This document shows, in pieces, positions 25,757 to 37,470 of a stretch of 64,000 nt of DNA. Origin of the DNA: Marsupella aquatica (taxonomy: Eukaryota; Plantae; Marchantiophyta). Each line of letters opens with the position of its first letter. Position 1 is the stretch's first letter. The notes below the pieces were generated by a model that saw nothing but the letters and a program-made list of their open reading frames with translations, did not search any database and was not told where the DNA came from. The stretch is taken from positions 16,976,754 through 17,040,753 of the forward strand of contig OZ316896.1 of assembly GCA_973895155.1 (NCBI GenBank). Direction: 5' to 3'. Both the position numbers and the translations under genes were made by a program.

Positions 25757-25940
25757 CAATGAGAGGGCTGGAGAGGGGCTGGAGTGTACTATGTTGGTTG
25801 ACTATGGAACTATGGAGGGGTTAAAGAGCCTAGGTGGCAAGAACTGTGCATGGGCTGCACAGAGTGAGGGCTCCATGGAGTCCATTGCAAACCAAGAGGC
25901 CTAGTCAGGGGTTTGTTTTCCTCAATGGGCCCCATCAAAT

Positions 25941-26112
25941 CTTTTTCTCACATTTAAATGCATGGATTTTCTTCTAGATTCATTAGACACGTTCTAGATG
26001 AATCTACAATGCTTCACACACTTTGTCTTTTTCTCACATTTGAATGCATGGATTTTCTTGTAGATTCATTAAACACGTCATAGATGAATCTAGAATGCTC
26101 CACACACTTTGT
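25941..26112. repeat. Tandem duplication, about 86 bp x2
   Basis: ctttttctcacattt.aatgcatggatttt...tagattcatta.acacgt..tagatgaatcta...cacacactttgt repeated. Confidence 0.85.
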
Positions 26113-28507
26113 CCATTTCAAGCTAAGTAACTTTACCATTCATCCAAGTCCTTGCCACCAAATCCTTTTGCTTTAAGTAATGTTTTGAGGTGTCCCCTCA
26201 GAAGATGTAGCTAGGAGCTGGCTTACTCATGCTGCCATATGCTAAAGCTATACATTAAGAATGGGGTGGAATGAAGGGCGATCACTGTTCTTAAGGCCCA
26301 AAAATGAGTGACTGTAAATTCTGACACCCACACAAGAGTGTGACTCCTGAAACTCTGGTTGAGGTCATGCGCAGGTCCCTGTAATTGCACATCAAAATAT
26401 GAAATGATAAGTTTAGTTATTTTTTTTTAATCAATGAGTGCACACCTTATATTTTACACATTTTGATGTGTGATTACCATGCAGGGCATGGACACTCTTA
26501 TAAAGTCAAAGTTGTCTCATTCTGCTCTAGCAAAACTGCCAGTGAACTATATCCTTTCAGCCACTTGAATCCTGAGTAGTTCCAACTGAGAGACAATGCT
26601 CAACTCGCTCTTGATCTCTAACTCTTGATCTCTAACTAAATAACAGTCAGCCCACCCTGATTTGGCCACACTAAGCACAAATATACCGTCCATCTGATGC
26701 GACAGAAAGTTGACATTTCAAATTCTATCAGTTACATGATTGCATTTGAATGTCACTTCAATCATATGCATGTATACACTAGCTTTTGAGAACACCAGTC
26801 AGATGGCATACTACAAGAGCTCATTCTCCTCTTTCCCCGAAAGCTGCTGCTCATTAACTCATCGCCATTCCGATACAATCTTCCTGAAATCAGTACTCCA
26901 ACATTCAGCTTCGCCATTCAGATGCCGTCGTCCTGAAATTAGTGCTCCAACATTCGGCTACAGAATGAACATCTTCAGGACACGGAACTTGCGGTGAGAC
27001 TCCTTGTGACAATGCAACTTACCTTCACCTTCAGGCTCGGAATCAACTGCCCCCTAGCTATGGTACCTCATAAAATCCCAGACTCAGTATCTGTTCAGGT
27101 CGTGTTCCATTTAGGTACCCCAAAGACTGGCACTGGGGTATATTGGATTCTTCCATATACTGAATATTTTTAAGTGGAATCCAAGCTGGCCATGAGACCA
27201 AGAGAGAACAAGGCTAAGATTCGAATCAACAAGTAGGGTCAATATATTCATTCCTAATCCAAGCCGATGGCCAGTTGCGCACTGTGTGTAGCCAAGACTA
27301 AAATGTGCTAATAATCTTAAAGAATCACAAAAGGTAAGTGCAGAATGGGGAAAAGAATGAACTGTCGTCCCACATAATCTGGATGCTTGGATTAGATTGT
27401 GGTTGAAAAAGTATGAATCTCTCATGTAATTTGCATGCTTGAATTAGATTCCCACATTTTCCGTGGTTGTTGGATTGACGAGAATTGAAGTGTCCCAAGA
27501 AATTCCAGCCTACGTCATAGAACGTGACCATGTCCTGTCCAACCACTCACGCACCAAAGGGTGTTTGACTGCTTCCTTTGCAACACACTGTAGGTCTCAA
27601 ACCGAGCAATAGAAAACGAACAACTGGCCAGATGACAAACCTCATGCGGACTGACGACAGCAGTAGGAAGTAAAGTAGACAGGAGACGGACAAGGTTACA
27701 CTCTACACAACCTGTTGGAACTTTTTCTTTGAAGTGAAGGGTACTCTTTTTGACCATATAACTTCAGTCTACAATCCGAACTTTCCAATGGCACGGAATT
27801 CTGTGGAAGGTTAGATTCCGGGAAAGTAACATCAGGTCCATGAGGCTACCAGACCAGTGACGAGAGAAGCAGCGTTTGGACAAGAAAGTCTCGGCGGAGC
27901 CAGACTAACTGACAAACTCATGGTACGTAAACAACAAGTCCATCGTGTACCGAAACAATAATTTTTGTTGTGTGGATCGAAGAGAATTATGATTACAAGC
28001 GATTAGGTCCAGAATTCAATAACCCTTCATCAAAGGTAGATATGATGATGGCTCTGTACCACACCATCGAATTGTAAGAGCTGATGTAATCGTGGCCGGG
28101 ATGGGTCCAACCTCAAAATCAGGTCGTATACTCTATAGGTCTAGCTGTATACCTCAGCTAGATTTACTCTGTTCATCAAAACCTTGGGGCTTCCCAAAAG
28201 GCCGCCCCTTAACAATTAATTAATAATACATGTGTTCCCTGTCATATCACACGCTTGCTATTGGCGTGGATACCAACACTTATGGAAGTGAACCAAACTC
28301 TGCACATCCGGCAATGACTTGCTGGATTATCACCAAATTGTCACTCAGGGGCACGTGTAGAGTTAGTCAAACGGGAAGGGCAAGAACATTCCTAATTGCA
28401 CAATCTGATGAGCAGAATCCAATACTGAAGGTAGAGAATCATGTCGAGAAGCTATCCCAACGAAGGAACATCAGAGCATAGTCATATGATGTTTTGTTGT
28501 GTGCTTC

Positions 28508-31151
28508 TTACTTCGCCTTCAATCCAAGCTCCTGCCGAGCTTTACCAACAAATAGGTCTTTGCTTTTCAACATTCCTGCCATCCGACCGAGGATGGTGCC
28601 GAAGGGAAGCTGGGCCACACCAATCACACGTCCCAACGAGACAATTCCAATCGGTGAAGAGGCAACCTTGTAGACTGCTAACTTCTCGTCCTCTGGGTTC
28701 TTGATCAGCTTCTGGATGTTCTGAACGACAACGGCCGCGTGCTGAGCTGCCAGATAGCCTTGCTTGATTTCCTGCACAACCCCAACAAACGACCACAAAT
28801 CAGTTACATGAAGGCACAAAGGTTGGACAATTCAGAAGACATCACGAGAGCACCTTCCCGTAAGTGCCTCATCCAATCGAATGTCAAGGGCTCTCCTAGC
28901 TTAGCGCTCAGCTGAGGTCAGAGCAAGAATGAACTTTGATCTGAGGTCGGAGGAACGTTGGATTTTGATGTAAGAGAAATTCCTCAGAAAGGATTCAGCT
29001 CACACCTTGAAGTCAGTGACGTCGCCTGCAGCAAAGACGTTCTTAAACCCGTCGACTTGAGTTGTGGGCTTAACCTTCAAACGCCCATCCACGGTCACTT
29101 TCTCCTTAAGAAACTGTGACCCTTCAATCCACTTAATGGCCACCTTCTTTCCAACTGCTATGAAATGCGTGTCTGCTTTGATTTCGACGTGTTTTGCAGT
29201 TTCATATGTGGGAGCAGATAAGCTGTCGAGGTTTTCAACTCTGTCCTTCAATATTACATTTACTCCTTTTCCTGTAAGCCACTTCTCCGTCTTCTTAGAA
29301 ACTTTGGGGCCTAGAAACTCGAGCACCCGATCTCCAGAGTGGACTAGAGTGACGGTCTTCTGTGGGAAGTCGGTGACAATTTCCCCAACCAGTTCCACTC
29401 CAACCGGACCACCTCCAATGATGAGGATTGACTGGGCCTTAACTAGCTGCTCATTCACTGTTGTTGGTTGGGAGGGCAGCCATGCACAGATGTCCAGTAA
29501 GTCACAAACATAAATGTTCAGGAAAGCGAGCTCCAAAACAATCTCAGTAGTTGCCAATTCACCCCACATCCCGAAGGACTTCCCAAAGTTAGGCAGCATT
29601 TACTGCATAAGTGGTACGAGGACTTCAAGACAGAGAGAGACACAGAGAGACAACTTACACTCTTTGAACTCCTGCAACCGCTCCTGTCTGGTGACCTTCC
29701 CAGGGGGGCTGTCGAAGGTGGTACCGGTGGTGATGACAACGAAGTCATAAGGAATGGTCTCACCAGAGACTGTGATAACCTCCGAGGATGTGGCAGTCTT
29801 TACAGAACTCTGCACATGTTTGCCATTTTTCAAGTATTCACTGTGTTTGATAAGAGAGCGCTCCGCAAACTTTGGTTCCACCATGCTCCTCAAAGCCGCA
29901 TAAGGAACCTCTGTGTAATCCTTCCTGTCATCATTCAGAAGGAAAAACCTCATGAGTCAACCGGCAATGATCATGTTCCGGGCCACAATTCGTCGTTTCA
30001 ACGGGCAACTCATCACATGAAACGAATCAAGTGTTTCCAATCCGCAGGAACTCATTTGTGCTCTCTCCATATTATTTTCCACTGCTCGTGCTAAAGCTGA
30101 TCAGAATATATTGATCCATGGTCGATCCATCTCAACCATGATGATAGAGACACAGGAGGACTGGATGAACACTCCATCTCTATGGTATAGTAATATTCTG
30201 CCGTGGATCACCCTTCTCCGTTCCCTCACTTCTTCGACAGATGATTCACTGCTCAGTCTCCAATGTCTGCGACGATTCAGTCAGACCATTCTGTTCTACT
30301 ACAATGTGAATCAATAGCTGCAGAGAAGATGCACTGCAAACAGCGAGAGCTCGCTCGATCTCTCGCCGCCCAATGTGCCGACCGGTTTACTGTGTACCAT
30401 ACGTTAGACACGTGATAGTCATGGGTGATAAGACGATCACACGAAGGGAAGAAGGATTTAGCAGATTGGTCATATCATCCTATGTACCAGTTCCAGCGAG
30501 TTGGTCCTCAATATGATATATTTCTCGCTTGATCTTGAATGAATTGTGGGTCCAGGCATTCATAGCACGCGAGATTAGCCGTCCGACAATTGACCATGAG
30601 CTGGATTGGACCCCAGGCTGCGAACTGGCCGACTCATGAGACGACGGTGGAGTCGATCGTCGTCCATCGTCGTCGTTGTCCGTGATGGCTCTGTGACTAA
30701 GCAAATGAAACAGGAGCAAAGCAAAGGGGACGATCCAGTGCACCACGATCACGTCCCGTCACTCGGGAACGAGAATTGCGGACAGATCTCGGATTTCAAG
30801 GCCAGCCTGATAGAGAAAGGGCGCATTGAGACCCGCTAATGTCAAATTCTGGCACCCATTACCAGTCCTCCAAACGATACTGATTGAGGCAGCTTGCTCC
30901 AAATCCCCAACAGAGTGCCGAAGGTCGAGAGTACGTAACTCGACGTCAGAATAGGCCGTCTGAGTTGAGAGTTATTATGGCCAGACAGACAGAAACACCG
31001 AAATCAAAGATAGAGAGATGGTTCAGAAAAAGAGGGAGAAGAAAGCATACGGATCAATCAACGTCACATCCGCAACGTTCTGGAGCCTATACGCCACGGT
31101 GGTGCCGGCAACACCTCCTCCCACCACCACTACCTTCTTCTTCGACGCCAT
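28508..31151 (-). CDS. FSP1: FAD/NAD(P)H oxidoreductase, AIFM2/FSP1 (apoptosis-inducing factor homolog) family, 4 exons
   Basis: Exons 31151-31051, 29924-29659, 29457-29006, 28771-28508 join in frame. Motifs VVVVGGGVAG, ALRSMVEPKFAERS, YDFVVITTG, ILIIGGGPVGVELVGEI, NVFAAGDVT, EIKQGYLA. Confidence 0.94.
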
Positions 31152-34100
31152 CGCCTCCGCACTCCTCAATCTAGAAGTAATTCACAATTCGGACGGAGAA
31201 TCGATTCAACGATTGATCGATCGATAGATGCAGTGAACTCTGGGACAAAAAAAAAAGGCTGATTGATTGACTGACTGACTGGCTGACTGACTGATTGCCT
31301 GTTATAAAGCGGATGTCGTGAATGTGATCGGCTGAAGATCGAGTCAGGATTATATAGATCAATGAAGCTTGGATCGAAGTCAATTGGGTCAAATCACAAA
31401 ACTTCGTCGGTGCTGCGACGCCTTCAAATAATGGCCGTCACGGAGTTCGGTCTCACCACAGACTTCATGTCCGGCAGAAAGGAATGACAGTAGACTACTA
31501 GAGTTGCATAACGCAGAAATCACGGGACTGTACTGCATTTTTACTTTCTCGGTCATCTTCGTCGTCTTTTTCCTTCCTGACCCTGCCCTGCCCCGCCCCG
31601 AGTTGCCTGGTATGGACCATCCGGGCCCCACCATTCGCTGCCCTCGAGGGCAGCCCGCTGGCAAAAGAGTGCCAGCCAGCGTCCCGTCCCTTTTGGGGCC
31701 CCCCGGGCTCGATCTAAAAATAGAATCGGTCTGGGAACGGTAAAAAAGGAAAGGACCGTGTCTCGATCTCAAAAAGGTTTTCGTCTCGTTGTTGTTGGAC
31801 TGCTCTGCCCGTTGTGACGCTTCGGGGACCCCCTCCGTACCTATTCCCTTGCCGCCCTCGATATGAGAAAGAATCCCATGACGCCTTTGACCGTGACCCA
31901 GATTGACCCAGCCTTGCCCTAATGCCCTCTCAAAATACATATAGGATGACACCATTTAGTATCATGATAAACCTCTTTATTTTCTTTAAAGCACAACTGC
32001 ACTTCAAAGGTTACGGGTACCATTAAAAGATAATTTTTCCTGAAATTATGGAGCAAATTGAAATGCTAGAGGAGAATAGTGATTGAAATATGGAAAAAAG
32101 AGGAGGTCTTGGACACTTCCTCTTATATAGGGAAGTTGAATGAGTGCACACCATATATTAGCATATTTTGATGTGTGATAAGGGACCTAAGAAACAAAAA
32201 TCCCATGGGCTGACAGATCAACGCATCCAAAATCTTCAAAATCTTGTGGGGCTTGGTTGAGGAGAAAAGTTTGATTTGGGGGTCCATCAAGCAAGTACCT
32301 CCATCTGCTGCCATGCTTTCCTTGCCTCGTCTTGCCCTTGTTATCATAGTTGAGGCATTTGCTTGACAAGATTCTCAAATGAAAAGTGTCATTGGATAGG
32401 ACCGGACCCTGAGTGATCCAGACTGTTGATTCACCTTGAACAGTTGATTCACCTGGATAGACCTTTAGTCAATGTACTCAAAAGCTTAGGGGTCCTATCA
32501 AGTAATACTTTTCATCTTGGGGTCCCATCAAACTAATGCTCAGGCAGGTTTCATTGTAAAACAATCAATTATTGAAATTTTATGTAGAATTTTGGTCCTA
32601 GTGTCCAGTTTCAAACTACTTTTTTTGCCACTATTTCCCCACTCTTGAAACCAAAATAACACTAATTCATGCGGGTGAGTTAGCATTATAGCAACTCACC
32701 CGCACACTGTTCACTAATTCTTGGGTAGAACCCAAAAAATGTCAACTCTCTAATTAGTGCGAGTATCACTAATTATAGTGAACAGTGTGCTTACTCTAGG
32801 TAGAAAGAAGTTACTGTGCATTTTGATACTGAAACAGGAGAGGAAACTGACATAAAATAAAAGAATTTGGGGCAGGCTGTCAAACTCCCCTGGGGCAGAA
32901 GATTTGGTAAACGTGCTGTGTTTGAAAGAAAAGAATCTGGGGCAGGCTGTCAAAACCCACCTGGACAGAAGGTCTGTATGATAAAGGTGCTCTGGTTGTG
33001 TTGCCAAGTCCATGTTCCTATACAGTAGGGCTTCTCAAAGTTTGCGTCTCTCAATAGTAGTCCAGGCTGCTTGGCATCAAAAAACTAGGGCCAGGTCTTG
33101 CATTTTGAGCATGAGTAAGCAGGGGGAGGAGGATAACTTTGAGAGGTGTCATAGAAGCTTTAGAGGTAATGGAAGTTTGTATTCTACTGTAAGCGAAATA
33201 GCCCAGGTGAGAAAGTGAGGTCGCCAAATTTGTGTACCGCACACTTTGGGTTCGCAACTTGTACAATTGAACTTTTGGCCCAACGAAAAGCCCGCTTCTT
33301 CTAAAGTTTGAGACACCCTAGTGGTGACCGTGTTTGACACATTGTCTGTGACATGACAAAACAGGGCAGGGAAAGCTTTATTACACTAGTACGCTAGAAA
33401 ATAATGATGCTTATGAAACAGTCAAGTTCTCCTGTGCTAGCGTAGTGTCACAAATGCTAGAGAGGTTTTTGCCAAAGATTTGTAGATTTTTTTGTTCAGA
33501 CCTTGGTTCATCCTTGAGGACCCGACCACATTCTGATGTGTAAGTTATACTACCTGGGCATCTCAAACTTGAAGGGCTGCAAAAAGATCACTGGCCCAAA
33601 AGTATGAGTGAAATCGATCAAAAGTGATAGGACAAGCTTTTGAGAGTTTGTTGCCTTACTTCCATGGAAACCTCTGTGACCATGACTGAAGGCACAATGG
33701 AGAGATTTGAGATGCCCTACGGCACCTGCCCTGGGTTGTCGGCACGGCTGCCAGAATCACTGACACACACATCAAAATAATTTCAAAGGCATTTTTTAGC
33801 TATGGTGGCCGATGCCACCTTGTATGAAAGGAAAGATGCTTATCTAGATTTACTAGATAAACTTCTGACCCTTGTGTTGCCTTTCCCCTCCCTCCTCCCT
33901 CTATTGGGTTACTTTGTCTTTGGGACCCTGTCTCCCCGTTTGGATTTTTTGTGCTTTTGCACTGTTATATGTAACTTGGATCTCCCCAATGCCCTTGAGT
34001 ACGTGGGAAACTGGCTACTCAAGACAAAAAGTCTGGCAAATTTTGACCTAAAATGGCACAGACTTTTCAGTCAGGTGGAATTTGGCAAATTTTGCCAATA

Positions 34101-37100
34101 AATGCTGGTACCCATCATTAGAGACCAATTGGCCAATGCGGGTCATGTCAAAGACATCGACCCAAGGGTAATTTCTTACACTGGATGAGTCACACACCTG
34201 GAAGAATTTAATTTCTTCTGATTTTAAGAAGGTGACGGTGCACCAAATGAGTCCAGACCAAGAAAATAGCAATGTTGTCACCAGACATGTCTTCAGGGGA
34301 ATTGTGCGGGCAGGGCATTTTCTGCACTCAGCGTTGGGCTCAGCGTGTTTTAGCCGAGCCAGGCTTGATTGTCAGTAGCCATAGTTGGGAGGGGGCCTTG
34401 AGGGTTGAACAACAAAGGCTGGCGGCATGCCAAAGTAGAGTCTACACTATAATCAGGGATCAAAGTCTGAGGCTCGTGACCTACTTAGTAAAGTGAAGCA
34501 GTTGGCCGTAGTTTCTATACTAAGAGCAAATTTAATGTTTAAAATATGCTTGGGAGTAGATTTGGGCATGGGGAGTCAAGGTCTATTTCTGTGCATACTC
34601 ACGTTTGGGGTACTGGATCCAATAGGCAGAGGCTGCCCAAACCAAATTTTTAAAGTTGATGTTGATTTCTTCGGTCTCCTAAAATTCTCTCTCCACTAAG
34701 CACTGTAGATGCTACAGAATATGTGTCGGCTTCTAGAAGTGTTCCAAACAGATAAAGATGGGACCTACCTCTATCCTATTGTAGCAATAGTTTAAGAAAT
34801 TTGCTCCTAGGGGTTGATTGAGTTGCATTCCAGGAATTTTTAATTCACTCCACGACATCTATACTATAATCTTTATTTTCAAAGTTTATTTTCATGACCT
34901 ACTCCATAGAGTGAAGTCATAGGCAATAATTTATCTGGTGAAAAACACTATTGATATTTAGACTATGCTTGTGAGGATGGGTGAACATGGGGGCGTGGGA
35001 ACGTGCAGCCCGACCAATGCATAATCTTGGGTATTCAGGCTACTTTACTATACCAGACCCGGTTACTCATGCATTAGGCTGATAAATATTTGAATAGTGG
35101 CAGTCATCCAATTGCGGTGAATTTAATAAACTTAATTTTCTGAGCCCAAATAGATTTTCTCCTTGTTTACATGGAACATGTAATGCTACCCATCTTATTC
35201 TTTGTTTGACTTGATTATCTGGGTGCAACCAACCTGAGGAAGAGTCGTCCAAAGTGACATAACGATACCCACAATGTTTGCTTTGCATAGCTACTTTTGC
35301 TTGTCTCATGTTTTCTGCCATGAAAATTTTCAGTCACTGAACATAGCAGAAATAGTCTTGCATGTTTTGATGAATTAAATCAAGTCGCGTAATGATTCAA
35401 ACACCAGGATTCAGGAATACATATTCAACCACTCTTGGTAGAAACCATTTGTCATCCTATACCCCTAATTTGTGTCAACTAGTCCACATATTGGTGCTTG
35501 AGGAACTGACACATCTCTGCCCATCCTTAGTCACAAGTATCGTCTAAATACCATGTTTTTCCTGTTACCAAAATAGTAGTAACCGATCGCTTCAATCTAT
35601 GGAATAAGTCAAGAAGGGTAGACTATGGTCCCAAATCGTAATATACAGTAGATGCAGATTTACCAAACAACCTTTGTTTACCTTAGCTAAGAGGGCCCCA
35701 CAGCATCAAATATTTAAACTGACAGTACAACGTTAGTATGGTAAATTGACACAACTTTAGGCCATTGGCTCGGATGTCATTATTAGGTGTGACCCACTTT
35801 TATAAGGCTGACTGGTTGGGGTGCATGCGAAAGTTCCTTTCCAAGAAGAAGGAAATCGGAAACCCACCAATTGGTGATGACTGTATTGGTCAAACTCTAC
35901 ATAAAAGTCCCCATATTAGCACCTAAGAAAGAAATTAGATTATATATACATAGACTTGAAACTCCACAAATATTCCCAAATAGAAGGTGAGACACATTAA
36001 AAAAGAAAACCAGATAATATACAGTGTCTTTTATGTTTTTTTGGAACTTTTTTGAAATCTTGACCTTTGCCCCATAAGATGATAGCACGTGTAGAATAGA
36101 GGGTCAGGTTTCTTCCCTTGGGGTGCTGGACAAATCATGTTCTAAAAGTCCTAGAAATGACTGCGCAATTAAGCTCGAGGCGAGCAAATAAAAAATGAGT
36201 TTAAAAGAAGCTCGTGGCCAAAAGGTGGTTTTGAACAAAATGGGTGCTTCTTAGAACATTTTGACATTTGAAGAAGAAGCTGCTCAAGTTGTTTCCATCA
36301 GCCTTTTCAGAAGCGAACATTCACTACATTTCACCTCACTGACAATTCTTGGTCAGTTTTGGCAAACACGAGCCATATCCTTAGCACGTTTCTAATCTCA
36401 CCTAGGCACAGATCCCACTAGCCAGAATCTGGTGGTTATAATGAAATCGATGGAGATCTAACTATCAGAAATTAATTTATAAAAAGTGCTGTAGATAAGG
36501 AATGTTAATAGCATCTTTTCCTTCATACAAGGTGACAACAGCCACCCTGGCTAAAAAAGAAAAAACCTCTTACAAATTACCATTGCACCATTTCCCAAGC
36601 CTAGAAAAAAGGTAGGAAGGTGAGGCAGAAAGTCAGCTGACATCAATAGCCCAATAGACACTTCTCATGCATTTGGGGGGTGGATATAGGGAAGGGTTAC
36701 ATGGGAGATTCACGGAGGAGAGTCCATAGACGTGCCATTTACTTTCGGTACCTGCATGAACTGGAATATTGCCATTTTTTTTCAAAGTGTCAAAAATTAT
36801 ATGTGAACTCCATTTTATGGATGGCATTTATGTCAAAAGAATAATTGTCTCGAGGAGGATTTGGCCCTTGCACCTGCCTCCCCGACTGAACTGGTTTGCA
36901 TTTTACCAAGGCCTGGTAGACATGGATATATACATGTCAAGTTTTCCATATGCTAAATTCCATAAAACCTGCTAAATTTTGACAATGCTATATGGTCAAT
37001 ACTCAATCCACCTTTGAGTGTTTTGTCTTACTAAGAATTTTTGCCATATATTTTTACTTCAATATGCCATAACAAGGTGCATCACTAGTATAATCTACAT

Positions 37101-37470
37101 TTAAGATAAATATGGCACCCCTCTTAGTGATTTTTATCTTCCTATGAAAGAGCTCTCGTTCCCCACTACATTTAGTTTTCAATGCAATCAATTCGCACCC
37201 TTTAGCAGAATTTATGGAATTTCTTGCAATCTAGTGAATGAGATAATTAATACTTTGAGATGTGAACTCCTCCTACTTTAAGTACTCCTCAAACTTTTAT
37301 TTGCCAAGTATGGTTTTTATTGTCATTACTGACGCAAAGGAGTATCTTATGTACATTATGTGCACAATTTTTGGAGTGATTTGAGTATCATTAAAGCTTT
37401 GAGTGTCATTAAAGCAAGTGTGAATAGCTTATGTGCTCAACTTTTCAAATTGTGGACTTGTATCTTTCCT

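Noticed and set aside
29064-29513. 149-aa plus-strand ORF (and similar ones at 49961-50434 and 19142-19498)
   Set aside because: Antisense shadows of real exons.
31389-31955. 188-aa minus-strand ORF upstream of FSP1
   Set aside because: No recognisable motifs, non-ATG start, and it lies in the GC-rich promoter/5'UTR region.
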